64,000 nt of DNA from an uncultured Gammaproteobacteria bacterium (GTDB lineage: Bacteria > Pseudomonadota > Gammaproteobacteria > UBA9214), in the NCBI GenBank assembly GCA_963748215.1, contig CAVVHS010000007.1, forward strand, positions 384,001 to 448,000. Reading direction: 5' to 3'. Positions 27,852 to 35,757 of this stretch are shown here, in pieces. Position numbers and translations under genes: made by a program. Numbering within the stretch: position 1 is the first letter of the stretch; each line of letters starts with the position of its first letter. The notes under the pieces are model-generated. The model saw nothing but the letters and a program-made list of their open reading frames with translations. It made no database searches and was not told the DNA's origin.

Positions 27852-29686
27852 TGGCCGATATCGATTACAAGAGCCGCGGCAGCATCCTCAACCCGCTGCG
27901 CAACCTGTCGTTCCTGACGCGCAAGCCGGTCACGCTGCCGCTCGAACCGCGCGAGGCCTCGGCCAATTACCGCGGCTTTCACCTCAACGACTGGGAAAAG
28001 TGCATCGGCTGCAGCACCTGCCAGAAGATCTGCGACAACGAAGCGATTACCATGATCCACATCCCGGACCTGCCGGAGGACCCGATCAAGGGGGTGCGGG
28101 CGCAGCGACCGGCCATCGATTACGGCCGCTGCTGCTGGTGCGGCCTGTGTGTGGACATCTGTCCGACGGCGTCGCTGTCGCTGTCGCGCGAGTACGTGCA
28201 TACCTGCGAGGAACACGAGCTGGACAGCTATTTCATCCTGCCCGACCCGCAGGGCATGCACAAGAAGTTCTACGGCCACGGCTGGCGCAAGACCGCGGAC
28301 GAGGATCTAATTGACCTCGAGCGCCAGGCCATGCCCGAGCAGCCGGCGGAACAGCGCCTGCAGTCGTTCGGCGAATTCGTGCAGGGTTACGACATGCAGC
28401 AGGCCATCGTCGAGGCATCGCGATGCGTGCAGTGCGGCATGTGCCACGATTCCTGCCCGGCACACATGAACGCACCGGAATATATCCGCGCCATCTGGGA
28501 ACAGGACCTGGAGGAGGCGGTGCGCCAGATCTACCGCACCAACCCGTTCGCGCACGTGTGCGGGCGCGTTTGCACGCGGCGCTGCGAGGCGGCCTGTTCC
28601 ATCGGCGTACGGGGCGAGCCGGTGGCTATCCGCTGGCTGAAGCGATATGCCATGGACAGCGTCGGCCATGAACGCATACGCGAGATTGCAGGCGAGGGGC
28701 GTGGCGACTATCTCAGCGGTGGCAAGGTTGCGGTGATCGGTGCCGGACCCGCCGGCCTGACCGCGGCCTTCGACCTGGCACGGCACGGCCACAGCGTCAC
28801 GGTGTACGAGGCGCAGCCGGCGGCGGGCGGCATGATGCGCTACGGCATCCCGGCCTACCGGTTGCCGTACGCGCGCATCGACGACGACGTCGACGTGATT
28901 CGCGCCATGGGCGTCGACATCCAGTACAATACGCGCATTGGCCGCGATATTTCCATGTCGCAGCTGCAGGCGGACTACGATGGCGTACTGCTGGCCATCG
29001 GCCTGTGGAACGGTCGCTCCACGCGCGTGCCCGGTTCGGACCACGCACAGGTGCGCAGTGCGGTCGAGCTGCTGCGCGAGATCACGCTCAACGAGTCCTT
29101 GACGGTGCCGCAGTCGGCTGTGGTCATCGGCGGTGGCAATACCGCCATGGATATCGCGCGCAGCATGGCACGCCTGCAGCTCGTGCAATACGGACAGGCC
29201 AATATCACGCTTACCGCACTGGAAGACGCCGATCACTTGCTGGCCGACCCGGTGGAGATCCGCGAGACCGACGAGGAAGGCATTACCATCCTGCCGGGGC
29301 GCGGTCCGCGCCGCTGCATGATGGACGAGCAGGGCCGGCTGGTCGGGCTGGAGACCGTGCGCGTGGTGTCGCTGCATGACGAACAGGGCCGCTTCGCGCC
29401 GCAATACGACGACGGCGATGTGCAGATGCACGTCGCGGATATGGTGATCGAGGCCATCGGCCAGCAGGCGGACACCTCGCTGCTGAGCGTGGAACTTACC
29501 GAGGCGCTGGAATGGGAGCGCGGCCGGATCAAGACCGATGCCGGCGGTCGCAGCTCGGTCGGCTGGCTGTGGGCGGCCGGCGACGTGGTTACGGGGCCGG
29601 ATGTTATCCACGCCGTGGCCGACGGGCACCGCGTCGCAGCCAGCATCGAGGCCTGCCTGGGACAGGAGAGATATGCCAATGGGTAG
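27851..29686 (+). CDS. NuoI/MbxN-like 2x[4Fe-4S] domain fused to a GltD-like FAD/NAD(P)H oxidoreductase
   Basis: YRGFH..CIGCSTCQKIC and CCWCGLCVDICP, then RCVQCGMCHDSCP, GRVCTRRCEAAC, GAGPAG, GGGNTAMD and AGDVVTGP. Confidence 0.88.
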   Translation: MADIDYKSRGSILNPLRNLSFLTRKPVTLPLEPREASANYRGFHLNDWEKCIGCSTCQKICDNEAITMIHIPDLPEDPIKGVRAQRPAIDYGRCCWCGLCVDICPTASLSLSREYVHTCEEHELDSYFILPDPQGMHKKFYGHGWRKTADEDLIDLERQAMPEQPAEQRLQSFGEFVQGYDMQQAIVEASRCVQCGMCHDSCPAHMNAPEYIRAIWEQDLEEAVRQIYRTNPFAHVCGRVCTRRCEAACSIGVRGEPVAIRWLKRYAMDSVGHERIREIAGEGRGDYLSGGKVAVIGAGPAGLTAAFDLARHGHSVTVYEAQPAAGGMMRYGIPAYRLPYARIDDDVDVIRAMGVDIQYNTRIGRDISMSQLQADYDGVLLAIGLWNGRSTRVPGSDHAQVRSAVELLREITLNESLTVPQSAVVIGGGNTAMDIARSMARLQLVQYGQANITLTALEDADHLLADPVEIRETDEEGITILPGRGPRRCMMDEQGRLVGLETVRVVSLHDEQGRFAPQYDDGDVQMHVADMVIEAIGQQADTSLLSVELTEALEWERGRIKTDAGGRSSVGWLWAAGDVVTGPDVIHAVADGHRVAASIEACLGQERYANG

Positions 29687-30206
29687 TGATACAGATACAC
29701 GCAGCCGGGAGGGCGCCTTGCATGGCAAGGACCTGCTGGCGTCGAAAAAGTCGCTGCAGGACATCCTGCTCGTGGCAACGGCCTTCGAGAAGACGGCGCG
29801 CGATTTCTACACGGCGTTGATTCCGCGCGTCAGCAAGCAGATCCGCTACCTGGTGGAGGAGCTGGCGGAAGAGGAGCAGCGTCACTACGACCTGTTCACT
29901 GAGCTGGCGAAATCACCGGACATCAACGAGCTTGTCCACGCGCAGGTTACTGTGCCCGTCAACGACCACCATTTTTCCGACTACGTGCACATGCCGGAAA
30001 TCGATGATGCGCCGGATGACCAGGCAATCCTGCAATATGCGCTCGCACGCGAGCATGCTGCGATGGAGCAGTATCGCGACCTCGCCAATAACACCGAATC
30101 AGGCCCGATCCACGACCTGTTCGAGTTCCTGGCCATCGAGGAGACCAAGCACAAGCGCGAACTGGAGAAGATCTACTACGAGACGGTGCACAGCGGGGGC
30201 GTCTGA
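29673..30206 (+). CDS. Ferritin-like / rubrerythrin-family diiron protein
   Basis: FEKTARDFY..LAEEEQRH and REHAAMEQY..LAIEETKH, i.e. duplicated E...ExxH motifs. Overlaps the upstream stop codon. Confidence 0.82.
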   Translation: MPMGSDTDTRSREGALHGKDLLASKKSLQDILLVATAFEKTARDFYTALIPRVSKQIRYLVEELAEEEQRHYDLFTELAKSPDINELVHAQVTVPVNDHHFSDYVHMPEIDDAPDDQAILQYALAREHAAMEQYRDLANNTESGPIHDLFEFLAIEETKHKRELEKIYYETVHSGGV

Positions 30207-30255
30207 GCCGGACCTGCAAACGCCATCCAGCGGGTTATCCGTTTTAAGCGGTTTA

Positions 30256-30464
30256 AATGGCCACGGAATCCACGGCAGAACACGGAAAACACGTAGGATG
30301 CACTCCGTGCACCATTGGGTGAGACGTGAGACGTGAACAGCAGAATGGCCACGGAATCAACGGCAGAACACGGAAAACACGTAGGATGCACTCCGTGCAC
30401 CATTGGGTGAGACGTGAGACGTGAACAGCAGAATGGCCACGGAATCAACGGCAGAACACGGAAT
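30256..30464. repeat. 88-bp tandem repeat (2 full units plus a partial) built from REP-like parts
   Basis: Units start at 30256, 30344 and 30432: AATGGCCACGGAATC(C/A)ACGGCAGAACACGGAA + GTAGGATGCACTCCGTGCACC + GTGAGACGTGAGACGTGA. Confidence 0.85.
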
Positions 30465-30495
30465 GACGTCAAGAACCTCTACGAGTCTATACCTC

Positions 30496-30581
30496 GCCAT
30501 TGCGAGCGGAGCGAAGCAATCTTTCGATTTCATGATCAGTCGGCTGGAGATCGCTTCGTCACTGCATTCCTCGCAATGACG
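30496..30581. repeat. Palindromic element of the CATTGCGAG...GCAATC / CTCGCAATGAC type
   Basis: CATTGCGAGCGGAGCGAAGCAATCT ... AGATCGCTTCGTCACTGCATTCCTCGCAATGAC. Confidence 0.6.
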
Positions 30582-30609
30582 GGATGATCAGGGTTACCTT
30601 GAATAAATA

Positions 30610-30690
30610 GCCACGGAAACACACGGAAGAACACGGAATGAATCTGGATTTTTCCGTGTTCTTCCGTGTTCTTCCGTGGATTCCGTGGCA
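30610..30690. repeat. Inverted pair of CACGGAA-motif repeats
   Basis: GCCACGGAAACACACGGAAGAACACGGAA ... TTCCGTGTTCTTCCGTGTTCTTCCGTGGATTCCGTGGC. Confidence 0.7.
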
Positions 30691-30843
30691 ATAATAACTG
30701 GCTGCATTAATGCCACAGCAATCACCGAATAACGCTTATGTGATCAGAATATTTCCGTGATTTCCGTGGCCATAATCCAGCTTTACAGAATTTGCGGACA
30801 GGCTGTATGGTGTGACCTGCATAGGTAACAACAGGGGACAATA

Positions 30844-31860
30844 ATGCAACTGGGAATGATCGGCCTCGGGCGCATGGGCGCCAACATGGTTCAGCGCCTG
30901 ATGCGTGCCGGGCACGAATGCGTGGTCTACGACCGCAACCCGGAGGCGGTGCATGGCCTGGAGTCGCACGGTGCGTTCGGCACCACCAATCTCGACGGCT
31001 TTATCGCCAGCCTCGACAAGCCGCGCGCCATCTGGCTGATGGTGCCGGCCGCCGTGGTCGACCGCGTGATCGACGAGCTGGCGCCGCAGCTCGAGGCGGG
31101 CGACATCCTGATCGACGGCGGTAATTCGTATTACCGTGACGACATCATGCGCGCCGCTCAGTTGCAGGCACGCGGTATCCACTATCTCGACGTCGGCACC
31201 AGCGGCGGTGTGTGGGGCCTGGAGCGCGGCTACTGCCTGATGATCGGCGGCGAGCAGGATATCGTCGCGCACCTCGAGCCGCTGTTTTCCACGCTGGCAC
31301 CGGGTGTCGGCGACATCCCGCGCACGCAGGGCCGCAGCGGTCCGCCGGCGCGCGCCGAACAGGGCTACCTGCACTGTGGTCCGGCCGGCGCCGGGCACTT
31401 CGTGAAAATGGTGCATAACGGCATCGAGTACGGCCTGATGGCAGCCTACGCCGAGGGTCTGAACATTCTGGCGCACGCCAATGTCGGCAACGACGGGCAT
31501 GCCGAGGACGCCGAGACCACGCCGCTGCGCGACCCGGACGCGTTCCGCTACGATATCGACCTCGCCGCGGTGACCGAGCTGTGGCGGCGTGGCAGCGTGG
31601 TCAGTTCGTGGCTGCTGGATCTCACCGCAGAGGCGCTGCAGCGCAGCCCCGACCTGGCGGAGTTCAGCGGTCACGTGTCCGATTCCGGCGAGGGCCGCTG
31701 GACCAGCATCGCCGCCATCGAGTGCGGTGCGCCGGCACGCGTGCTGACCACGGCGCTGTACGACCGTTTCACCTCGCGCGGCGAATCGGACTTCGCCGAC
31801 AAGGTGCTGTCCGCCATGCGCTTCGGTTTCGGCGGGCATCATGAGAAACGTGAATCGTGA
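30844..31860 (+). CDS. gnd: Decarboxylating 6-phosphogluconate dehydrogenase, short (YqeC) type
   Basis: GLGRMG, IDGGNS, DVGTSGG, GHFVKMVHNGIEYG, DSGEGRW and MRFGFGGH. Confidence 0.95.
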   Translation: MQLGMIGLGRMGANMVQRLMRAGHECVVYDRNPEAVHGLESHGAFGTTNLDGFIASLDKPRAIWLMVPAAVVDRVIDELAPQLEAGDILIDGGNSYYRDDIMRAAQLQARGIHYLDVGTSGGVWGLERGYCLMIGGEQDIVAHLEPLFSTLAPGVGDIPRTQGRSGPPARAEQGYLHCGPAGAGHFVKMVHNGIEYGLMAAYAEGLNILAHANVGNDGHAEDAETTPLRDPDAFRYDIDLAAVTELWRRGSVVSSWLLDLTAEALQRSPDLAEFSGHVSDSGEGRWTSIAAIECGAPARVLTTALYDRFTSRGESDFADKVLSAMRFGFGGHHEKRES

Positions 31861-31870
31861 GAGGTGATTT

Positions 31871-33394
31871 GTGAGTGAGGTCGACACGGCGTCCCCCAGT
31901 GTCATGGTGATCTTCGGCGCCGGCGGGGACCTGACCCGGCGCAAGCTGATTCCGGCCATCTACTACCTGTGCCGCGATGGCCTCCTGCCGGAGACCTTTG
32001 CCGTGCTCGGCGTGGACCGCAGGGACACCGACGACGATGGCTACCGCGCACATATCGACATGAACGGCAGGGAATTCATCGGCGAAGACATCGACGATGC
32101 ACTCTGGCAGCGCCTGCTGGGTTGTCTGCAGTTCGAGTCGGGGGATTTTTCCGATCCGGACCTGTACCCGCGCCTGGCCGGGCGGCTTGGCAAACTGGTG
32201 GCCGAACGCGATATTGCACCGAATTACCTGTTCTATTTCGCGACCCCGCCGCGCTTCTTCGATGTGATAGCCGGCCTGCTCGGCAGTGCCGGGTTGTTGC
32301 AGGAAGAGGCCGGACACTGGCGGCGCGTGGTGATCGAGAAACCATTCGGGCATGACCTGGCCTCGGCGCGGGAAATGAACCGCGCGCTGCACACGGTGAT
32401 GGCCGAGCACCAGATCTACCGCATCGATCACTATCTCGGCAAGGAATCGGTACAGAATATCCTCGCCTACCGTTTCGCCAACGCTACCGTCGAGCCGATC
32501 TGGAACCGGCGCTATGTCGACCACGTGCAGATCACGGTGTCTGAATCCATTGGTGTCGAGACGCGCGGCAACTATTACGACCAGGCCGGTGCGCTGCGCG
32601 ACATGGTGCCGAATCACCTGCTGGCACTGCTCTCGGTGATTGCGATGGAACCGTCCAACTCTTTCGATGCTGATGCCATTCGCGACGAGCAGGTCAAGGT
32701 GCTGCGCGCCATCCAGCCGTTCGAGCCGGACGATGTGCTGACCCACGCCGTGCGCGGCCAGTATGCGGCAGGCCGCCTGCCCGACGGGCGTATGGTGCCG
32801 GCCTATCGTGAAGAGCCCAGGGTCGTGCCGCGTTCGAACACCGAGACCTATGCCGCGCTCAAGCTGAATATCGATTCCTGGCGCTGGGCCGGTGTGCCGT
32901 TCTACCTGCGTACCGGCAAATGCATGCCGGGCCGCTTCACCGAGGTGGTGATCCAGTTCCGCCACGCGCCGAACGTGATGTTCCGTGACTCACTGCTGAC
33001 GCGCGAGAATGTGCCGGCCAACTGCCTGGTGCTGCGTATCCAGCCGAACGAGGGCATCGGCATGAGCTTCAATGCCAAGATCCCGGGACACAGCACGCAC
33101 CTGGGCACGGTGGACATGAATTTCCGCTACGAGGACCACTTCGAGAACAAGCCCAGCAACGGTTACGAAACGCTGATCCACGATGTCATGACCGGCGACT
33201 CGACACTGTTCAAGCGCGCCGATCACATCGAGGCGAGCTGGGCACTGGTGGAGCCGGTGCTCGACGTGTGGTCGGCGCTGCCGCCACGCGATTTCCCCAA
33301 CTATGCCGCAGGTAGCTGGGGCCCGGTCGCGGCGGAAGAGCTGCTGAGACGCGACGGCCGTGCCTGGCGGCCCTGCAAGCGATGTCAACAGTGA
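31871..33394 (+). CDS. zwf: Glucose-6-phosphate 1-dehydrogenase
   Basis: FGAGGDLTRRKL, IEKPFG, RIDHYLGKE and WAGVPFYLRTGK. Confidence 0.96.
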   Translation: MSEVDTASPSVMVIFGAGGDLTRRKLIPAIYYLCRDGLLPETFAVLGVDRRDTDDDGYRAHIDMNGREFIGEDIDDALWQRLLGCLQFESGDFSDPDLYPRLAGRLGKLVAERDIAPNYLFYFATPPRFFDVIAGLLGSAGLLQEEAGHWRRVVIEKPFGHDLASAREMNRALHTVMAEHQIYRIDHYLGKESVQNILAYRFANATVEPIWNRRYVDHVQITVSESIGVETRGNYYDQAGALRDMVPNHLLALLSVIAMEPSNSFDADAIRDEQVKVLRAIQPFEPDDVLTHAVRGQYAAGRLPDGRMVPAYREEPRVVPRSNTETYAALKLNIDSWRWAGVPFYLRTGKCMPGRFTEVVIQFRHAPNVMFRDSLLTRENVPANCLVLRIQPNEGIGMSFNAKIPGHSTHLGTVDMNFRYEDHFENKPSNGYETLIHDVMTGDSTLFKRADHIEASWALVEPVLDVWSALPPRDFPNYAAGSWGPVAAEELLRRDGRAWRPCKRCQQ

Positions 33395-34098
33395 GTCTCA
33401 AGTTGCCAGGCAGGACTGCGGCGAACTGGCACGTGCTGCCGAATATCGACCAGCTGGAAGAGGTGGTTACGCAACGCATCCTGGCACGGGCCGCGGCGTC
33501 GATCGCCGACCACGGCAGATTCCGCGTCGTGCTGGCTGGCGGACGTACGCCGGCCGCCGTGTACCGGCGCCTGGCGGCCGCCGACGCCGACTGGGCACAC
33601 TGGCTGGTGTATTTCGGCGACGAACGCTGCCTGCCTGCGGACAGCCCGGAGCGCAACAGCGTAATGGCAGCGCAAGCCTGGCTTGCGCAGGTACCGATCC
33701 CGCCCGGCAATATCCATCCCATCCCGGCGGAGCAGGGCGCCGTGGTTGCGGCCGAGGCCTACCGCGCGCCGGTGCGTGCCGCGTTGCCGTTCGACCTGGT
33801 ATTGCTCGGCATGGGCGAGGACGGCCACACGGCCAGCCTGTTTCCGGGCCAGACATATTCGCAAGGTGAGCTGGTGCACGCGGTGCATGACGCACCCAAG
33901 CCACCGCCGGACCGGGTCAGCCTGGGCCTGGCGGCGCTGAACGACGCCGAGGCCGTACTGGTGCTCGTGACCGGCGGTGGCAAGTGCGCTGCCGTCGAGC
34001 GCTGGCGCCGTGGCGAGGACCTGCCGGTGGCGCATTTGCACGGGCGGCACGGTGTGGATGTCTACCTCGATGCAGTGGCCGCTGGCATGGAGGACTGA
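33382..34098 (+). CDS. pgl: 6-phosphogluconolactonase
   Basis: LAGGRTP, FGDERC and DLVLLGMGEDGHTASLFPG. Start may be the GTG at 33391. Confidence 0.93.
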   Translation: MSTVSLKLPGRTAANWHVLPNIDQLEEVVTQRILARAAASIADHGRFRVVLAGGRTPAAVYRRLAAADADWAHWLVYFGDERCLPADSPERNSVMAAQAWLAQVPIPPGNIHPIPAEQGAVVAAEAYRAPVRAALPFDLVLLGMGEDGHTASLFPGQTYSQGELVHAVHDAPKPPPDRVSLGLAALNDAEAVLVLVTGGGKCAAVERWRRGEDLPVAHLHGRHGVDVYLDAVAAGMED

Positions 34099-34120
34099 GT
34101 GCCGCCGGTGACACGATTCC

Positions 34121-34380
34121 TGCAGGAGCGGATGCCACCCGCGATCATTTTAAATATCGCATCGCGCATGAGATGCGCTCCTACCCTCAATAGAGGTGTA
34201 GGGTGCACTTTGTGCACCATACCCGGTGCGTAAAACGCACCCTACGCCCGGCTTTTATTTTTCCGTGTTGTTCCGTGGATTCCGTGGCCATTATCTATCG
34301 CGCATGAGATGCGCTCCTGCATCAATAGGTGTTCTCACGGCATGTGCAGGATGCGGTGAGCCTGCGAGCCGCTTCAATCG
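34121..34380. repeat. Mosaic cluster of REP-like palindromes
   Basis: TCGCGCATGAGATGCGCTCCT twice; GTAGGGTGCACTTTGTGCACC with GGTGCGTAAAACGCACCCTAC; TTCCGTGGATTCCGTGGCC; GCAGGATGCGGTGAGC. Confidence 0.75.
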
Positions 34381-34436
34381 AAGCACGCCACCTGCAGGCG
34401 CGTGCTTTCCGGCTTGCAAGGCGAGGCGTTTGTGAA

Positions 34437-34781
34437 TCAACTTTTTACGCCGAATTCATTTATATTCAATGAAAACCCTTTGCCATCGGTCGCTATCAGG
34501 CCAATGCCTTGCGTATATTTGTAAGTCACTTTGTCCAGAATGATATTCTGATCGATGATATTCACGACGTACCCGCTCTCGGCCAGATCGATTATCGTGA
34601 TACATTTTTCATCCCGTCGTAAAAACATCGTAGACTTCTGGTCGTAAATAAAGACAAATCCTTCAAGACGGCATACGGAACCTTCCGCTTCCTGCACCTC
34701 GCCCAGAAAATGACGTCGGGTCGAGTTCTCGAAAAGTGCCCTGTAAATTACATGTAGCTTGTTTCCCTTTTCAATAATCAT
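34437..34781 (-). CDS. Hypothetical protein (visibly AT-richer than flanks)
   Basis: Clean 114-aa ORF MIIEKGNKLHVIYRALFENSTRRHFLGEV with a GGGG RBS-like run. No family recognised. Confidence 0.7.
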   Translation of the reverse strand: MIIEKGNKLHVIYRALFENSTRRHFLGEVQEAEGSVCRLEGFVFIYDQKSTMFLRRDEKCITIIDLAESGYVVNIIDQNIILDKVTYKYTQGIGLIATDGKGFSLNINEFGVKS

Positions 34782-34883
34782 GGTTGCCCCGCTTTGGAAT
34801 GTGCAGTATGTCTTGGATAATACCATCGCATGATTTGTCTTACCCCTGCTGGCAGTTATGCTGCCGACCCTGTTCGAACGGGT

Positions 34884-35231
34884 TCACTCGTCCTCGGCCA
34901 GTGCGATCGTCGCCTCGCCCGTTGTTTTGTCGATGTCGACGTGCACCACGCAATACTCGGCCTGTTCCTCGACCGGGGTGGGATCGTCGGCGCAGCTGCA
35001 GCCGGCGATGATGCCGCTGTAGAAAATTCCCGCCTTGATGCGTATTCCGCGTTGGCTTTCCGATGAACTGATAATCATCACCTGCGGCGGTCGGTCGGTG
35101 GCGTAACTGCTGCCGCCGAGACCCTGCTGCAGCGGGAGTTGTTCAATACCGAGCCCGGCAAGCTCCTGTCTGATTACTGCCTCGAAGTCGGGGGTTCCCC
35201 ACGCTACCAGGGATTTTTGAAGCCTGATCAT
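34884..35231 (-). CDS. Hypothetical protein with GCSCADDP motif
   Basis: 115-aa ORF with LPLQQGL and GIFYSGIIAGCSCADDPTP. Co-oriented with its neighbours. Confidence 0.7.
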   Translation of the reverse strand: MIRLQKSLVAWGTPDFEAVIRQELAGLGIEQLPLQQGLGGSSYATDRPPQVMIISSSESQRGIRIKAGIFYSGIIAGCSCADDPTPVEEQAEYCVVHVDIDKTTGEATIALAEDE

Positions 35232-35247
35232 GATGGTGCCGTTGTGT

Positions 35248-35693
35248 CTATTTACCCGCCGCGCCCGGCTGGACGTCGAGCAATTCGATCATGAACATCA
35301 GGCTGGCGTTGGCGGGTATGACCTTGTCCACGGCGCGCGCGCCGTAGCCGAGAGCAGGCGGCAGCAGCACCAGCCTCCTGCCGCCCGGCTGCATGCCCGT
35401 CACGCCCTCGCTCCAGCCAGGCATGACCCGGTCGGTGCCGACCACGAAGCTGACCGTGCGGCCCTCGCGGCGCGAGTTGTACAGTTCCTTGCCCTGGCGG
35501 CCCCGGTCATCCAGCCAGCCGGTGAAGTGTATGGTGACCACGTCGCCTGGCGCGGCAATGGCGCCGCTGCCCGGCTGCAGGTCCTGGTAACGTGCCCCCG
35601 CGGGGTGGTGTGGAACGGTCCGGCCGCCGCAGCACTGGTGCACAGCAGGCAGGCAAACAGCAGGGCCACTACCTTGTCAGTGCAGGTTTGCAT
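35248..35693 (-). CDS. Secreted FKBP-type peptidyl-prolyl isomerase (frameshift ~35600)
   Basis: Signal peptide VVALLFACLLCTSAAAA in one frame; YQDLQPGSG..HFTGWL..GWSEGVTGMQPGGRR..LGYG..IPANASLMFMIEL in another. The junction falls in a C/G homopolymer. Confidence 0.8.
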
Positions 35694-35757
35694 CAGTATC
35701 TCCAGCAACTGCCTGTAATGTCTGCAGGGCCGCTCGTGGTCGGTGTTCCGCCACGGG

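Noticed and set aside
18578-29686. Canonical NADH:quinone oxidoreductase (nuo) or a simple Mrp antiporter
   Set aside because: No NuoA/E/F/G; Mrp E/F/G/B/C subunits are joined to NuoB/C/D/H/I-like genes in Mbx order.
30256-30464. Possible CRISPR array (also 37213-37341 and 47220-47665)
   Set aside because: The intervening sequences are identical or nearly so, the units are made of REP-like palindromes, and no cas genes are present.
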